The notes under the pieces were generated by a model that was not told the origin of the DNA, did not search any database, and was given only the letters and a program-made list of their open reading frames with translations. From NCBI RefSeq assembly GCF_009914755.1, contig NC_060926.1: a stretch of 64,000 nucleotides of DNA. One strand, given 5' to 3'. Both the position numbers and the translations under genes were made by a program. The stretch comes from the human T2T-CHM13v2.0 reference genome, Homo sapiens. Positions 45,547-59,500 of the stretch are shown piece after piece (position 1 is the first letter of the stretch; every line of letters begins with the position of its first letter).

Positions 45547-48222
45547 ATATCTTATTTATCTTTGCATCCCGGGGTCTAGGGCAGGGCCTGGGCATAAAGC
45601 AGGTGCTCAGTAAATGCTGTTGACTGATAACATGAATGCCTGAAGGAATACAAGAATGGGTGAAGATACATTCCCTACCCTTAAAAAACTTAAATTCTAG
45701 AAGGAGAGACCATCATGTGCAAAATTAATGTGACATTAACGTCTGATGGGTGTTTGACAGAGGTTTACCCAACTTCTGTGGGAGTGCAGGGCTGGGAGAG
45801 GGCCATCGACAGTGAGATCCGGAGTGGTCCACGCTCTGCTTATTATCGCTTTTCCAGTGTATACACCAGGGATGTCACTCGAGTGGTCCTCTTTGGCTCC
45901 TTTCCTTGTTGTAGTTGGAGACAAGAAAATAGTCCAATAAATGGAAGGTAAAGATATTTTTACATTTCTAGAAGGTGGTTGTTCTGCTACATGCAGAACA
46001 GATGACTGTGGTTAGACTGTCAGGCCCTGGACCCAAGTCTGGAGAGCCTCAGATAGAGGGAGGAGTCTAATGGGCCCAGACAACTGCTAAGCAGCTGCTG
46101 CAGTCCACGCTGGCCACTATGTGTCTACAATGGTGTAGGTTGTGGGGTGGCTGGTCACAGCTAAGATCAGGGCCCTGGCAGAGTGAAGGCCTGGCCCATC
46201 AGAGGCAGGACGCACTGCCCAGGCAGGTGTGCATCTGGCTCATGTGGGCTCCTTCCCCGCAGAGGCTTCGCAAAGCTAAGCCATCCTGTCCTGGAGGAAG
46301 GGCAGAGGCCAGTCAATCAGCTAAATGGGTACAAAAAAGCAATGGAGACAGAGCAAGTGTAAGGCAGGTGCTGGAAGCTGATGAGCACAGCAGAGGTCAG
46401 TGGGCACAAAGGTTTGAGCCAAAGGACAGCAGGCTGGAACAGGCAATGGGGAGGGGCTCTGAGACACGCAGAAGGGGGTTCTGACTCTTATGGCAGAGAT
46501 TTTAAGCCCCTAGGGTGGCATGATAAGGAAGAAAAGGGTTCAGTGAAGGGTAGTAGAGATGACGGGTGATTCCTTTACCTGCACAAAAGAGGAGAAAGCT
46601 GGGAGGGCTGACACTAATGCTACTATTGGCAGCTTGGCTGGAATCTCTCCCCTAGAGCAGCCCTGAGGGTCTCTCCTAGAGCTCAGTGGAGACACAGGCC
46701 GCATGGCTGCTTGGCTGCTAGCAGATACTCGGGGGTCCTGGGATATTTGGGAGGAAGGTTTCCATTTCCCTGTCTTTTCTCATTTTCCTGCACAGGCCAG
46801 GGATTCATTTTCTGCGTCAAAGATATCTGTTCTACTCTTTAGCAATGCATCTCTCTCTTCCCTTTGCACCACACACAGCCAGCTCCTGTGTAAGGAAGTC
46901 AAGATTTTCTCAAGGGAAAAATCACCCTAGAAACCATCAACTCATGACAAACGTGATCTCCAACGTTCATTGTGGAAAATAGCCTCAAGGATGAGATGAT
47001 GAGGATTTTGAAGATGGGTGAGTAGGTCGTCTACTTCCCGGAGGAGAAGGAAGGCCAGGACTCTCTGGGGCATGTCCTAAATGTCCTTCTCTTCAGTTCT
47101 GACTTTTCAAATCTGTCTCTTGCTGGGGCCAGCGAGGAGGGCTGGGCAGGATGGGCACCCGAAGAGGCTGGGAGGGAAGATGCTGAATTCCAGGGGGCCC
47201 TACATCATCCTGAAGGTCAAATTGAGTGAGCCTAGTTCAGAAAGGTCCAAGGCAGATCACAGGGCTGGAAAAGGGATGGAGCTGCTGGGTAGACACTCTG
47301 TGTAGACTCTGGGATGAACTGGGAATGGGAGCCAACGTCAAGCCCAAGCCAGGGAGCCTGGTGAATGGCCTCCTTCGATAGCTGAGGAAGCCTAAACCAT
47401 TCTTTTGTTGGCCACTGGGTGAGGGACACACATGGGACTGTCAGACTTGGTTCAGGAAGTTGGCAGGTACATTACCCTCCAGGAAGTCTCTCTGATAACC
47501 CCAGAGGGTGATGATCTTGCCCTCCTGGGATTCACTCTGCACTTGTACTTTCCCCTATGAGGACAGGCATGTGTCTCTCTGCCCCACCACACACAGGCCT
47601 AGTACGTTCCGCAAGGCTGGCCTGGTCTTGTCCCTTCTGTGGTCCTCTGGGTGTCCAGCTGAGGACCTGACCTGCCCTGGAGCACAGTGGGCATTTCCTA
47701 AATCAAATGGACAAATGGATTGACTTGTCTCTTGCTAAAAGCGCCTACCTTCGGGGTGTGGAGGTAGAGACAGGAGAGAAGCTCAGGATGCTGCTCAGAA
47801 CAACCCATGGCTCAGACTTCCCACCTGCAAGATGAGCAGACGGGCAGAAGGGTCCTCTCCTTGTCTGCCACCCGCATGGCGTGCTGTGAGGAGCCTGTGA
47901 GAACCTGCCCATCACCATGAGAAGTGCAACACCAACCTCAGGTGGAAGGTAGGGTCGAGGGATGGTCGGGGCTTTACCCTGTCACCAGACTGCCAGGAGT
48001 GAGGCTGGCTCTGCTGCCGATTGTTGTCCAATCTGGGGCCAGTGACTGAGTCCTCATGCCCCAGACTCCTTATCCGCCACGGGGGCTCTTGTGAGGATTA
48101 AACGAATAAACTTACTTACATAAAACCACTCAGGCAGGGAAGTGTGCTGTGCTCCAAAGTTTGGGACCCTTACCCTGATTCCAGATTTCTCACGTTACCA
48201 GTCTTTAAAACATAATATTGAC

Positions 48223-48524
48223 GGCCGGGCGCGGTGGCTCACGCCTGTAATCCCAGCACTTTGGGAGGCCGAGGCGGGCGGATCACGAGGTCAGGAGATC
48301 GAGACCATCCTGGCTAACACGGTGAAACCCTGTCTCTACTAAAAATACAAAAAATTAGCCGGGCGAGGTGGCGGGCGCCTGTAGTCCCAGCTACTCAGGA
48401 GGTTGAGGCAGGAGAGTGGAGTGAACCCCGGGGGGCGGAGCCTGCAGTGAGCGGAGAGCACACCACCGCACTCCAGCCTGGGCGACAGCGAGACTCCGTC
48501 TCAAAAAACAAAACAAAACAAAGC
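48223..48524 (+). mobile_element. AluY (AluYe-like)
   Basis: 'gggcgaggtggcgggc', 'ccccggggggcggagcctgcag', 'gggcgacagcgagac'; TSD aaaac(a/g)taata(t/c)tgac. Confidence 0.93.
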
Positions 48525-48542
48525 AAAACGTAATACTGACTT

Positions 48543-49299
48543 CTTAAAAAAAAATTAACTTTTATTTTATATCCAGAGGTTACATATGCAGGTTCGTTAC
48601 ATGGGTATATTGTATGATGCTGAGGTTGGGGGTACAAATGGCCCCAGCACCCAGGTAGTGAGCACAGTGCCCAATAGGTAATTTTTCAGCCTTTGCCCCC
48701 TCCCTTCTCTAGTAGTGCCCAGTGTTGATTGTTGCCATCTTTATGTCCATGAGTACCCAATGTTTAGCTCCCACTTATAAGTGACAATGTACGGTATATG
48801 GTTTTTTTTCCTGTGTTAATTCTCTCAGGATTATGACTTTCAGCTGCATCCGTGTTGCTACAAAGGACATGATTTTATTCTTTTTTTGTGACTGTGTAGT
48901 ATTCCATGGTGTATATAGACCACATTTTCTGCATCCAATCCATTGTTGATGGGTACCTAGGTTGATTCCATGTCTTTGCTATTGGAAATTGTGCTGTGAT
49001 GAACATATGAAAGCATATGTCTTTTTGGTAGAATGATCTATATTCCTTTGAGAATATATCCAGTAATGGGATTGCTGGGTTAAATGGTAGCTGTTTTAAG
49101 TTATTTGAGAAATCGTCAGACTGCTTTCCACAGTGGCTACACTAATTTACATTCCCACAAAGAATGCGTGGCCTTTTCTCCGCAGCCTCTCCAGCATCTG
49201 CTATTTTTTGATTCTTCAATTATAGCCATTCTGACTGGTGTGAGATGGTTTTGATTTTCATTTCTCTGATGATTAATGATGTTGAATATTTTTTCATAT
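48543..49299 (-). mobile_element. 5'-truncated L1 (L1PB/L1MA-like 3' end)
   Basis: 'tttagctcccacttataagtgac', 'cagtaatgggattgctggg', 'atagccattctgactggtgtgagatg'; TSD aaaacgtaatactgactt. Confidence 0.9.
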
Positions 49300-49422
49300 A
49301 AAACGTAATACTGACTTTGAAGGGCAGTCCTGCCCCATCCCACCAACGGCATTCCTTGTGGGACACAGGAATGGGACATGCTGTGGTCTATTTGCAGAAA
49401 CTTTACAAATAAGTCTGGTTAG

Positions 49423-49845
<423 letters not shown>

Positions 49846-49893
49846 TAATTTATTTTTTAAAACATTTTATTTACGTCAAAAATTCCATTTCAG

Positions 49894-50203
<310 letters not shown>

Positions 50204-51376
50204 TCAGAATAATGGCACTTTCCCCTCAACATCTTTGCAGATTTCAGACTATGGTACAGTCCTCCAGGTAGGTGGGTTGTTGCTGAGTTGTCGTCATGTA
50301 GTTTTATCAGTCAGTCCACAACTGTTTGCTTCCCAAGAACCTACTGTGTACTTAGCATTGTGTTCAGGCTGTGGAACACCAGGGGGTGGACACGTGCTCA
50401 CACCCTTCAGAGACACATAGTGTGACTCTCACTCCTGAAATGAAACCGGGCGTGCTTGGTGCCAAGTGTATGACACAGTTGGGCATTTAGGCCAAATGAG
50501 AACTGAGGGGGCCCAGAGTTCATCAGGCACCTCTGTAGTAGGAATGCTGCTCACAGAGGGGTCTTGCAGGCTTTGTCAATAGACAGAGCAGGAGGACGTT
50601 CCACAACCGTGAAACATCGTAATCGTGGCTAACAGACATGTAGTGCTTACTTTGTGCTTTGCCCTGTTGGAAGAGCTTCTCATATCTAAGCTCAGTTAAA
50701 TGTCACTACAGCCCCATGAGAGAGCTACTTTTATGATTCTCACGTTACAGAGGAGGACACTGAGTGTTTCAATGATTTGCCTAGGTTCACACAGCATGTA
50801 AGTAGCAGAGCCAGGATCAAACCAAGACTTTGATAAACTCTTTCTTCTCTTTTGTTCAATTTTTTCCCCCTATTCCTTTTATACTTGCTCTGGACTAGAG
50901 AATTTGATAAACTCTTAACCATCCCACCAGACAGTCCCTCCTTGGATGGGGTCATCTGACTATATTCATGATTAATAAATGTAGATGATTTTAGCAAGAA
51001 AAATGTCCAAAACAATGTGAGCTGAGATGCTAAAGTGAGATGTTTGGGTGAATTGGGAAAGAACAAATGTAACACATGATATGACCCTTTGACATGTAGC
51101 TGTGGTTCGTACAGATGGAGTTAATGGAGAATGACCAGGAGCTGGAATATGTGAGAGCCAGAGTCCAGGAACAGTGTTCATAATAAACGCCATTTACCAG
51201 GTACCCAGGACTGCACTGGGTGCAGGCATGTGTCTTATCTCACTCCATCCTCAGAGGTGCCCCCAAGGGAGAAATAATCCCCTCATTTTGTTGATGAGGA
51301 AACTGAGGCTCAGTGAGGTGAGGGGCTAGGATTTGAGCTCCTTTCCATCTGGCCTCCATGCCAAGCCCTTTCCAGC

Positions 51377-51767
51377 TGTCATGGGCTGATTTGTATCTCC
51401 TCTCCCCAGCTCATGTGTTGCAGTCCTAACCACCCCTGGTGCCTCAGAATGTAACTGTATTTGGAGATAGGGTTTTAAAAGAGGTAATTAAGTTAAAGTG
51501 AGGTTATTAGAGTGGACCCTAATCCAATAGACTGATATTCTTATAAGAAGAAGAGATTAGGACACAGACACGCACAGAGGAAAGAACAGGTGAAGGCAGG
51601 GAGAAGACGGCCATCTATGGGCCAAGAAGAGAGGCCTCAAAAGAAACTGATTCTGCAGATACCTTGATCTTGGACTTGTTGCTGGCAGAACTGCAAAGAA
51701 ATAAAGTTTTGCTATTTCAGTCATTCTGTCCATGGGTCTTTGTGATAGAAGCCCTGGAAAGCCAACA
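51377..51767 (+). mobile_element. MLT1B-like MaLR solo LTR
   Basis: 'cctcagaatgtaactgtatttggagatagg...ccctaatccaat...ccttgatcttggactt'. Confidence 0.85.
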
Positions 51768-52669
51768 TGCCACCCTATTACGTTGCCTCCCAGCAATTCC
51801 AGGTCTTAGATAGTAAGTGGCACGCTGCACTGGTACTTCAAGGCCTGGATCTACCATCTCAGATTTAAGATGACACAGGGCTCCCCTGCATTGGAAGCTT
51901 AGCACATCTGGGCCACGCACCACCTTCTGTCTTGCTTTGGGAATGAACTTCTAGTACACACAGAATGGGTGAGTGTGTGAGAAAGTCCCATAGAAAGCCT
52001 TCCCAGGTGGGCACAGGGACCGAGGGGACTGGAGGCAGTGAGAGGAGCTGCGATGTGAGGGTCAGTGCTCTGTGGGGGTCTTCAGGACTCTGTGATGCCA
52101 TCTACTCTTACAGCCCACAGCAAAGGGGAAAGGTGCTTGGTTTATTATATGCTCACAAGCCAGAAGGCCATGGGCTCAGAGGACTGCAGAGAATAGAGCC
52201 TAAAGACTCCATCTGACACTCCTGTCTTCCAGGACCAGGGAGAAGCTGAACATGCTCTGTCGTGGCAAAGCCAGGGCAGACCCCAGTATGGGGCTCCATT
52301 CTGAGCCCTCACTGTGTGTGGAATAGGTCATGCCTGCATCCACCAGAGGATGAATAGAGGCTGGAAGCAAGCAGGTCAGCTGAGGAACCAGGCTGGAAAT
52401 GGGGCTGCACCATCTCCATGGGGGAATGGGGGATGACCTGGATTCTGACTCCTTCCAGCTCCAAGTCAATTATTCATGCAGTAGACAGTCTTTGTGTTGG
52501 GAAGTCAGGTTTCAGCACATGCCCTTTGGAAGAAAGCATCTACTTCTTGGCGTTTGGCGTTTCAGGCCTTTTATCATTTCCCCCAATCTTTCCTAATCTT
52601 ACTCTTTCCCCTTTCCCTGCATGTCCTCTGCTCCTGCCACGTTGTCCTGCTTACCATCCCTGCATCACA

Positions 52670-53060
52670 CCTTTTCATTTACTCATTCTTGAATTCATTG
52701 ATTTATTTTTAAAAAAATTTTTATTGAGCACCTACTATGTGCTGTGCTAGAGGAGCTGGGAACTCAGAGTCGAGCAGGACTTGGTCCATGCCCTTGATAG
52801 GTTTTGGTCTAGAAAGGAAGGCAGACCTGTGTGTTCACCCTGTTGAGCACACAATACCAGGGTGCTGTGTTTTATCAGAAAGTGCTGAGGCTATGAAAGG
52901 GTCTAAATGACTTCCCAGGCTAGGGGCAGGGCACCAGAGAAGGCTCCTAGAAGACATATGGTAGAGTTGGTCAGACGAAGAAGTAGAGAGAGAACATTCC
53001 ACAGAGAAGATCAGCACACACAAAGGCCTAGGGTCAGAGGGCCCTTGGTGCAGTTGAAGA
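52670..53060 (-). mobile_element. L2 3' fragment
   Basis: 'tttattgagcacctactatgtgctg' L2 3' end. Confidence 0.7.
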
Positions 53061-53220
53061 ACTGAGTGGCCACCACTTGCAGTCTGAGTCATACCCTAGA
53101 GCTGTGGGAAGCCCGTGGGCTTGTTTTGTGTTTGGCCAGTGTTGATACATCACTATTCATGGAGCTCTCTCTTTTCTCTTTACCTATAGCCCTTACCATC
53201 ATGGAGCTTTTAGTCTGGAG

Positions 53221-53435
53221 CAGGGGTTGGCAAACCTTTTTTGTAAAGGGCCAGGTCATAACTGTCTTAAGCTTCGCAGACCATATAGTCTCTGTTGCAA
53301 CTCCTCAACTCTCCTATTGTCCTGTAAAAACAGCCACAGGCAATATGTAAATGAATGAGTGTGGCTGTGTGCCAGTAAAACTTTATTTACAGAACCTGGT
53401 GGTGGGTTGGATTTGGCTCCTGGGCTATGACTTCT
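53221..53435 (+). mobile_element. MER58A-like hAT-Charlie MITE
   Basis: 'caggggttggcaaac...tgtaaagggccag...gtggctgtgtgccagtaaaactttatttac'. Confidence 0.88.
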
Positions 53436-54319
53436 GATCTAGAAGAAAAGATAGACCTTGAACAAATCTTGATAACCTGGTGGCAGCTCTCAGTAATGAT
53501 TTTTCTTCCACTTTCTGGACCACAGTGCGGAGGGTTGAGTTACTCTGCAGTTCATGAAACATTACCTCATTGCTTCATGCCAGGCTCCTCTTCTCATTTA
53601 TCCACTTAGTTTAAATTCCCATCCCATGCCCCTCTTCTCATAGGCAACTGCTCCAACGCATCTGCTTTGTATCCTTGAAATTACAAGCATCTCTCTAAAG
53701 CACGTTGCCTTGTGTGATGTATTCTAAACTTATATAAATGATATTGTGCTATCAACTGTTCTGTTTCTTACTTTTTCCCCGTTCAGCATTGTGTTTTTAA
53801 AATCTAAGCTGTGTGTACATCTAGTTAATTGTTTCCAAATGCTGCAAAAAATTTCACATCGTACATCACTAAGTTTTCCTTACTCATTCCTCTGGTGATG
53901 GCCACTGAGTTTGCTGCTAGTTGCCCCCAACTCCTGAGTTTGGGCCAGGCATCCTCCTGAGTTTCCTATGTGGATGCTGCACACCCCTGGCTTTCCCCCT
54001 TGGCATGCCCCCTTGTTGTACCATTTGTCCACTGGATGGGATCTGGTAAGCCTGGTGCTCAGTAGAGCCAATAGTATCGGGTGAATGAATTAGTTTTCCT
54101 GGAAAGGACTCTGCCAGCTTCCTTTTTGTCTGTCAAACAGTCTAGTAGAACACTTGGTATGTCCTGGTTGTCCCCAAACAGCAGATTTAGCCCCCACCCT
54201 GGCAGCACCTGTTCTGTGGGGCATCTTTTCCCTGGCAAAGCGCTTTCCCATTATTGCTTCTTATGTAGTGACTGACTGTTAGGTAGGCTGATTCTTTTTC
54301 ATATTGCAAACTTGGGGAG

Positions 54320-54406
54320 CATGATGGCTAATTTTGTATGTCAGTGTGGCTAGGCTAAGGTGCCCATTTGTTTGGTCAAATGCCAGTCTAGATGTCACTG
54401 TAAAGG

Positions 54407-54459
<53 letters not shown>

Positions 54460-54765
54460 TTAACATTGAAGTCAGTAGATTCTGAATAAACATATTATCC
54501 TCCAGGTCTTAAGAGAAAACACTGAGGTCCCTCGAAGATGAAGAAATCCTCATGAAGATGAATCCAAAGGTGGATTCAATTTCAGCTGTCTTTGGACTGA
54601 AGACTGCAACATCAACACTTCCCAGGGTCTCCAGCCTGCCCGCCTCTCCCGCAAATTTCAGATTTGCAAGTATCCACAGTCATGAGCAATTCCTTAAAGT
54701 AAATATTTCTCTGTTTCTTTCTGGATATGTATAGGTTGTTTCTCTGGAGAATCCTGATTAATACA
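54320..54765 (+). mobile_element. MLT2 (B/D-like) ERVL LTR containing a T49 run
   Basis: 'tgatggctaattttgtatgtc...ctggagaatcctgattaataca'; T run at 54408-54456. Confidence 0.8.
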
Positions 54766-55433
54766 TGAAGGGTCAAGATAAGTCTACTCCAGGGTAAGAT
54801 CTTTCACATGATATTTAAGACTTGAAAGGGACTTCAGGAGACTGTCTGTGACAGCGTCTAGGAGTGACTCCCAGCAGGTGCCACCCTACACAGACGTGGG
54901 AAGTGCCAGCTGATGTTCCTCAAATCTGAGTTGAATCAGTGGGCTTTAAACTCAATGAAGACCCACATCATTTCTTTCCTCCATCTGACTTTAGAATGTA
55001 AAATCCCTCCAATGGATTCAGGGACCAAGCCTCACTTAAGCCTTGATCATTATGAACCGCTTGTCAGACTAAGCTTAGCCAGCCTACAAGGATCACAGCA
55101 GCAAGCCACATAGTGCTTTATTGCATGGCCTCTCAGAGCACACAGCACCATACAATGGTTCCAAGGGGAAAGGCAGTCTGCCATCTGATCCCTGTTATTT
55201 TTTCAACTTATGCAACACCTATTACTGGGTCCCAGGCACTCAGTAAACTGCTTTTAATTTTCACAACGACCTTGCAAAGGCAGCCCCCTTAGTTCCATTT
55301 TATAGATGAGGAGATGGAGCTGGTGTTGTTAAGTCACTTGTTTGGAGCATTCAGAGGTGGGTAGTGAAGGCGGATTCAAGCCCAGGTTTGGGTTGTGAGG
55401 CCTGTGATCAGCCCATTGTGCCTCGACTTTTAT

Positions 55434-55512
55434 TCATTCATCTATCCATCTATCCACCCACCCACCCCACCCACCCCTCCATCCATCCATCCATCCATCC
55501 ATCCAGCCATCC
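55434..55512. repeat. (CATC/CACC)n simple repeat at an L2 tail
   Basis: ttcattcatctatccatc...ccatccatccatcc. Confidence 0.9.
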
Positions 55513-56011
55513 TCTCTTCAGTGCCAGGGTATGTTCTAGGAGTGGGAGGATCTGGAATAAGATATTTCCTTTTTCTTCAAGGGGCTCACAGGCACATTGA
55601 ACAATAATGGGATGGTGAGACAGTCCTGACTTGGGGGTGTGGGCAAATTGAGCGTAGAAGTGAAGACACTATTCTTTCCTGGGGTTGTTGCGGGAGGCTG
55701 GTAGTTTCAGCGGGAGAGTGTGGCAGAGCTCCCAGCCCTATATGTATACAGGGGGCCATTGGTGGCATTGGAGGAGGGGCTGCCCAGGTGGAGTGGGGAC
55801 CCCAGAGGCAGCAAGGACATTGCAAGAAGAAGGAAGAGTATGTGCAGAGGCTGTTTGGAGAGCTGGTCACTGGGCTGGGGTGGGTGTGCAGAGCCTGTGC
55901 TCAGGGATGAGGTGGATGAGGCTGGAAATGCAGGCAAAGGAAAGAGCTGGAAGGCTGTGCTGAGTGTCCTGGACTCAGCCATCATCCTGGGGATCACCTG
56001 GGGCTTTTGTT

Positions 56012-56230
56012 GTGGGCCAAGACAAGGGTGAGGCAAGTGAGACACTCATTTTAGGTGCAAATTTTAAGGAGAAGCCAAAAAAAACTCAGTTATCAAGATA
56101 AATGATAACAAAAATCAGTGCAAAAATGTCCATGATGAGCAATGGAGCGAAGAAACTTTGAAATGAGGACAGGAGTTGACCCTGCACTTGGATGGCTCAC
56201 CTTGCTCATCTCAACCAAAACCTGGCCCTG
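56012..56230. mobile_element. MER96-like hAT MITE
   Basis: Terminal inverted repeats 'gggccaagacaagggtgagg...cctggccctg'; 8-bp TSD cttttgtt (56004, 56231). Confidence 0.75.
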
Positions 56231-56545
56231 CTTTTGTTAAAGACCCAGATTCCTGGTTCTCCCCATGGACCTGCTAGCTCAGGCTCTGCAGAGGAGAGGC
56301 CCTGTTATTTCCTAGTGCCCCGGGTGATCCTCACAGTGGTGTTTCTTCTTTCTAAACTGGTTCGTGGTTAACAACACCTATGGACACTCAGTAAAAACAG
56401 AGATTCTTGAGTCACTCCCAGACCTTTTGCATCCGAATCTGCCATAAAGCAGCCCAGAAGGCTGGAGATTGAGCACGGGCCTAGGGAGCTTCACACTGTC
56501 TGGGCAAGAGGGCAGGCAGTGGGGAATGAAGAGGAGGCTTTTAGG

Positions 56546-56580
56546 CCAATGGGTCTTGCTTTGATTGGCCCATATATGGG
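56546..56580. promoter_or_regulatory. CCAAT / inverted CCAAT / consensus CArG box cluster
   Basis: CCAAT 56546, ATTGG 56564, CCATATATGG 56570-56579. Confidence 0.45.
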
Positions 56581-59500
56581 TGCCATTCTGGCTGAGTTTT
56601 CCCACTTTTCAATTTCCAAATGGGAAAATGTCCTTGTTGTTAAAGACTGCACACTACACCCCTACAGTAGGTATTCTAAGAGACTGCTTACACAGAAAGC
56701 CCCAACTCCTGGCTCAACTTTCAAGGCCTTGCACGTGTGGCCCTCCCTCTCTCTCCAACAGGCTGTCGGCCCAGGACCTCAACATTGTCTCCATCAGGGC
56801 TTCCTGCTTGAAGCCTCTTCCCAGGCAGGTCCCCCTGCTAAAGCACCTCGCCATCTCCCCTCTACTACTCTCAATGCTGCTCCATCCTTAAGGCTTAGCT
56901 GGGCCCTTCCTCCCCAGGAAGCCCCTCCACCCCCCAGAATGCCACTGCCATGGCGACTGTTCTGTCTTCTGAAGTCTCCACCTCTCCCTCTGGCAAGAAC
57001 AGTTCTGTCTCTGCTTTCATATGTTCTTGTGTTTTTGTCCTACCCTGGAAGCTTCCTCTGGTTCTTCTGCCTTCCAGGGGTGCTCCTCTAGAAGCAGCGG
57101 GGCACTCCCCAAGTTTCATGGCTGCAGAGTCCGAAAACTTAGCTCGAAGTCTTGGCTCCACCTCTTCTGGTGACCTTGGACACATCCTCTGCCCTTTGGT
57201 TTCTTGGCACAAGATCTAGCTACCTCAGTGGGGGTGTGAGAGCCAGAGGAGATGGTGTCACTTGCAGGGGGAAGTGCATGATGCTAATGAGGTCATTACC
57301 ATTCCTAAGTTAGAAGCCCGCAAGCATTTGCCGAGGGTAGTGCGGGCATCTCAGGACTCCATCCTCCCCTCCTCGTGGACAGCGGTTCCGGGAGCCCCAA
57401 CTCACTGGCTGGGGACTTGCCTCCCAAACCAGCACCTTGTCCTCTTCAGCAGGAGGTCGAGGGGGTGATTCTAGCCATCCATTCTTTCCACGCATAGGGC
57501 AAACTTAGGGTGGAAATGTTTAGAAAGGGCTTGTTGATAGCTTACTTTATTCTACAATAAGAGATTTTACAAAGATTCAAAGGGAGGTAGAGAAAGTTCA
57601 TTTTAAAATGTCTTTGATTCAGTTTTTAGGATTCCAGGAGCTTCTGGAAAGCAGGCTTTTATGGAAGGGCACTTGGAAGGAGGTGTGTGTTTTAAATTGC
57701 TCTGCAACATGAACATTTTTCAAAGAGACACAGTTCTCTCTTCAAGTGCCACACTAGGAGAAACAAATGCTGTCTGAGTCAGGTGCTCTGTCCTAGCGGC
57801 ATGGGAGGTGCTGGGAGGCCCAGGATGGAATCGGGGAGCCGGGACCCAGATCCGATCCTCTTGTGTGTTCCGGTACCGGATGCTGGTGTTGGCTGAACAG
57901 ACTCCGCTCGTGGTTTCATCTCGGTAAAGACAGAGTAAGGGGGGCTTGTTTCTTTGTGTAGAGAGCCTGCTGGTGAGTACGAATGGAAAACTCAATTATC
58001 AGTGAGGTTAGGGGCAGGGTGAGAGGTCAGAGCCGAATGCCCGCGCTTCCTCTGGGTGCTGAGAGAGCTGCTCCTGTCTGCACTGCTTGGGAGGAGGATG
58101 CATTGATCAGGGTCAAAGGTTGTGTGTCATCAAAGGCGGTCCAGGAATAAAGGGAGCCCTTCCCAGGGATTCTAGGATGGCCTGTGGAAACCCAAGGCAA
58201 TTCATGCTCAGATGTGCCTCATACCCAACAAGTCTAGAATTCTTATTACAAAATTCACAAGAGAATGTTGCTTTATCTTAGGATAGCTTTCAAAGACTTA
58301 GGACTTGAAGGTGGAGAGTTTGGAAACCCTCTCCACCTATCCTCCTCAGCCAAGAATTCTCCCCCCTCTGGGGCAGAGGCTACACATGGCTTCCTTTTTT
58401 GAGAAAAAAAACAAAAAACAAAAAACAAAAACAAAACAGTTCATTAAAAAGTTCTTTGTGTAAGTCTGGACACCCCAAAGACAGGACCCTAGCTGCCCTT
58501 GTTTCACACTTATCTTTTCCCAGGGGAATATTTCCTTTGTAGACAAGAAAAAACCACACACACAGTAACTTGAGAATTGGAAGTTAAATTTGAACAATAA
58601 CATGGCTAAAGGATTGTGTAGAGAAACCATAAAGATGGGAAGAAAAAAAAGAAAGACGATCTACCAAAAGACAGAGAGGTAAAAAGAAAGACAGAAATTT
58701 AGAGGGAAGGAAAGGAAGTTTATGTGTGAACCCAGAAGAAAAAAAAAAAATGCCACACGGGCAGATGCAGCCAACTATCATCTGCTGATTTAAAATACGA
58801 CAAACATTCCCAATTGCAAGATTCTGAACTAGAGGGGAGAAAGGAGTTTTCCAGCAGATATATACATTTTTCTATAATCATTTCTTGTTTTTTACAGTGA
58901 AGTGCAAAAAATGAACAAGGAGGCCCAATGATGCATCTGCTTAACTTTTCAGTTGTCAATGCAAATTAAGCACAAAGAGGACAGAGTTGATGACATATCA
59001 GGAACATTTTTTACTTCCGGAGCAGGTCTGAGTCCCAGCGGAAGACTGAGGCCGACTGAGCCAGAGGCACCACTTCAATAGGTCACTGGTCTCTGCAGGG
59101 AAAGGAAAAGGTGTAAGAGTTCTCCCTGCATAGATGCTATTTGTGACTTGGATGTTTTCTTTCTAATACAAATGCATCAAAGTGTTCACAGGAATCTAGC
59201 TATATGCAAGAAGTCTGGATTATCTGCCTGAGAGAACTGGCCAGTATCTCACCCATGAGCACCAGAACCCATTTCTAGATTACTAAGAAAGGAGCACAAG
59301 AACACTGTGTATAAGGCTCTGTGTTCCTAGAACTTTCTAAATTTTACTTAATGCAGGTTAACTTCATCAACCCTGGTGAAAATGCCACCTCCTCATGAGG
59401 AAGCCTTCCCCATTTGCTCTGTCTCAGAGACACTTGACTCCATGGACTTCTCTGCAATTCTGTTCTGTGTAGGACTGCCTAGTGCCTAGCCTTCTTGTGA

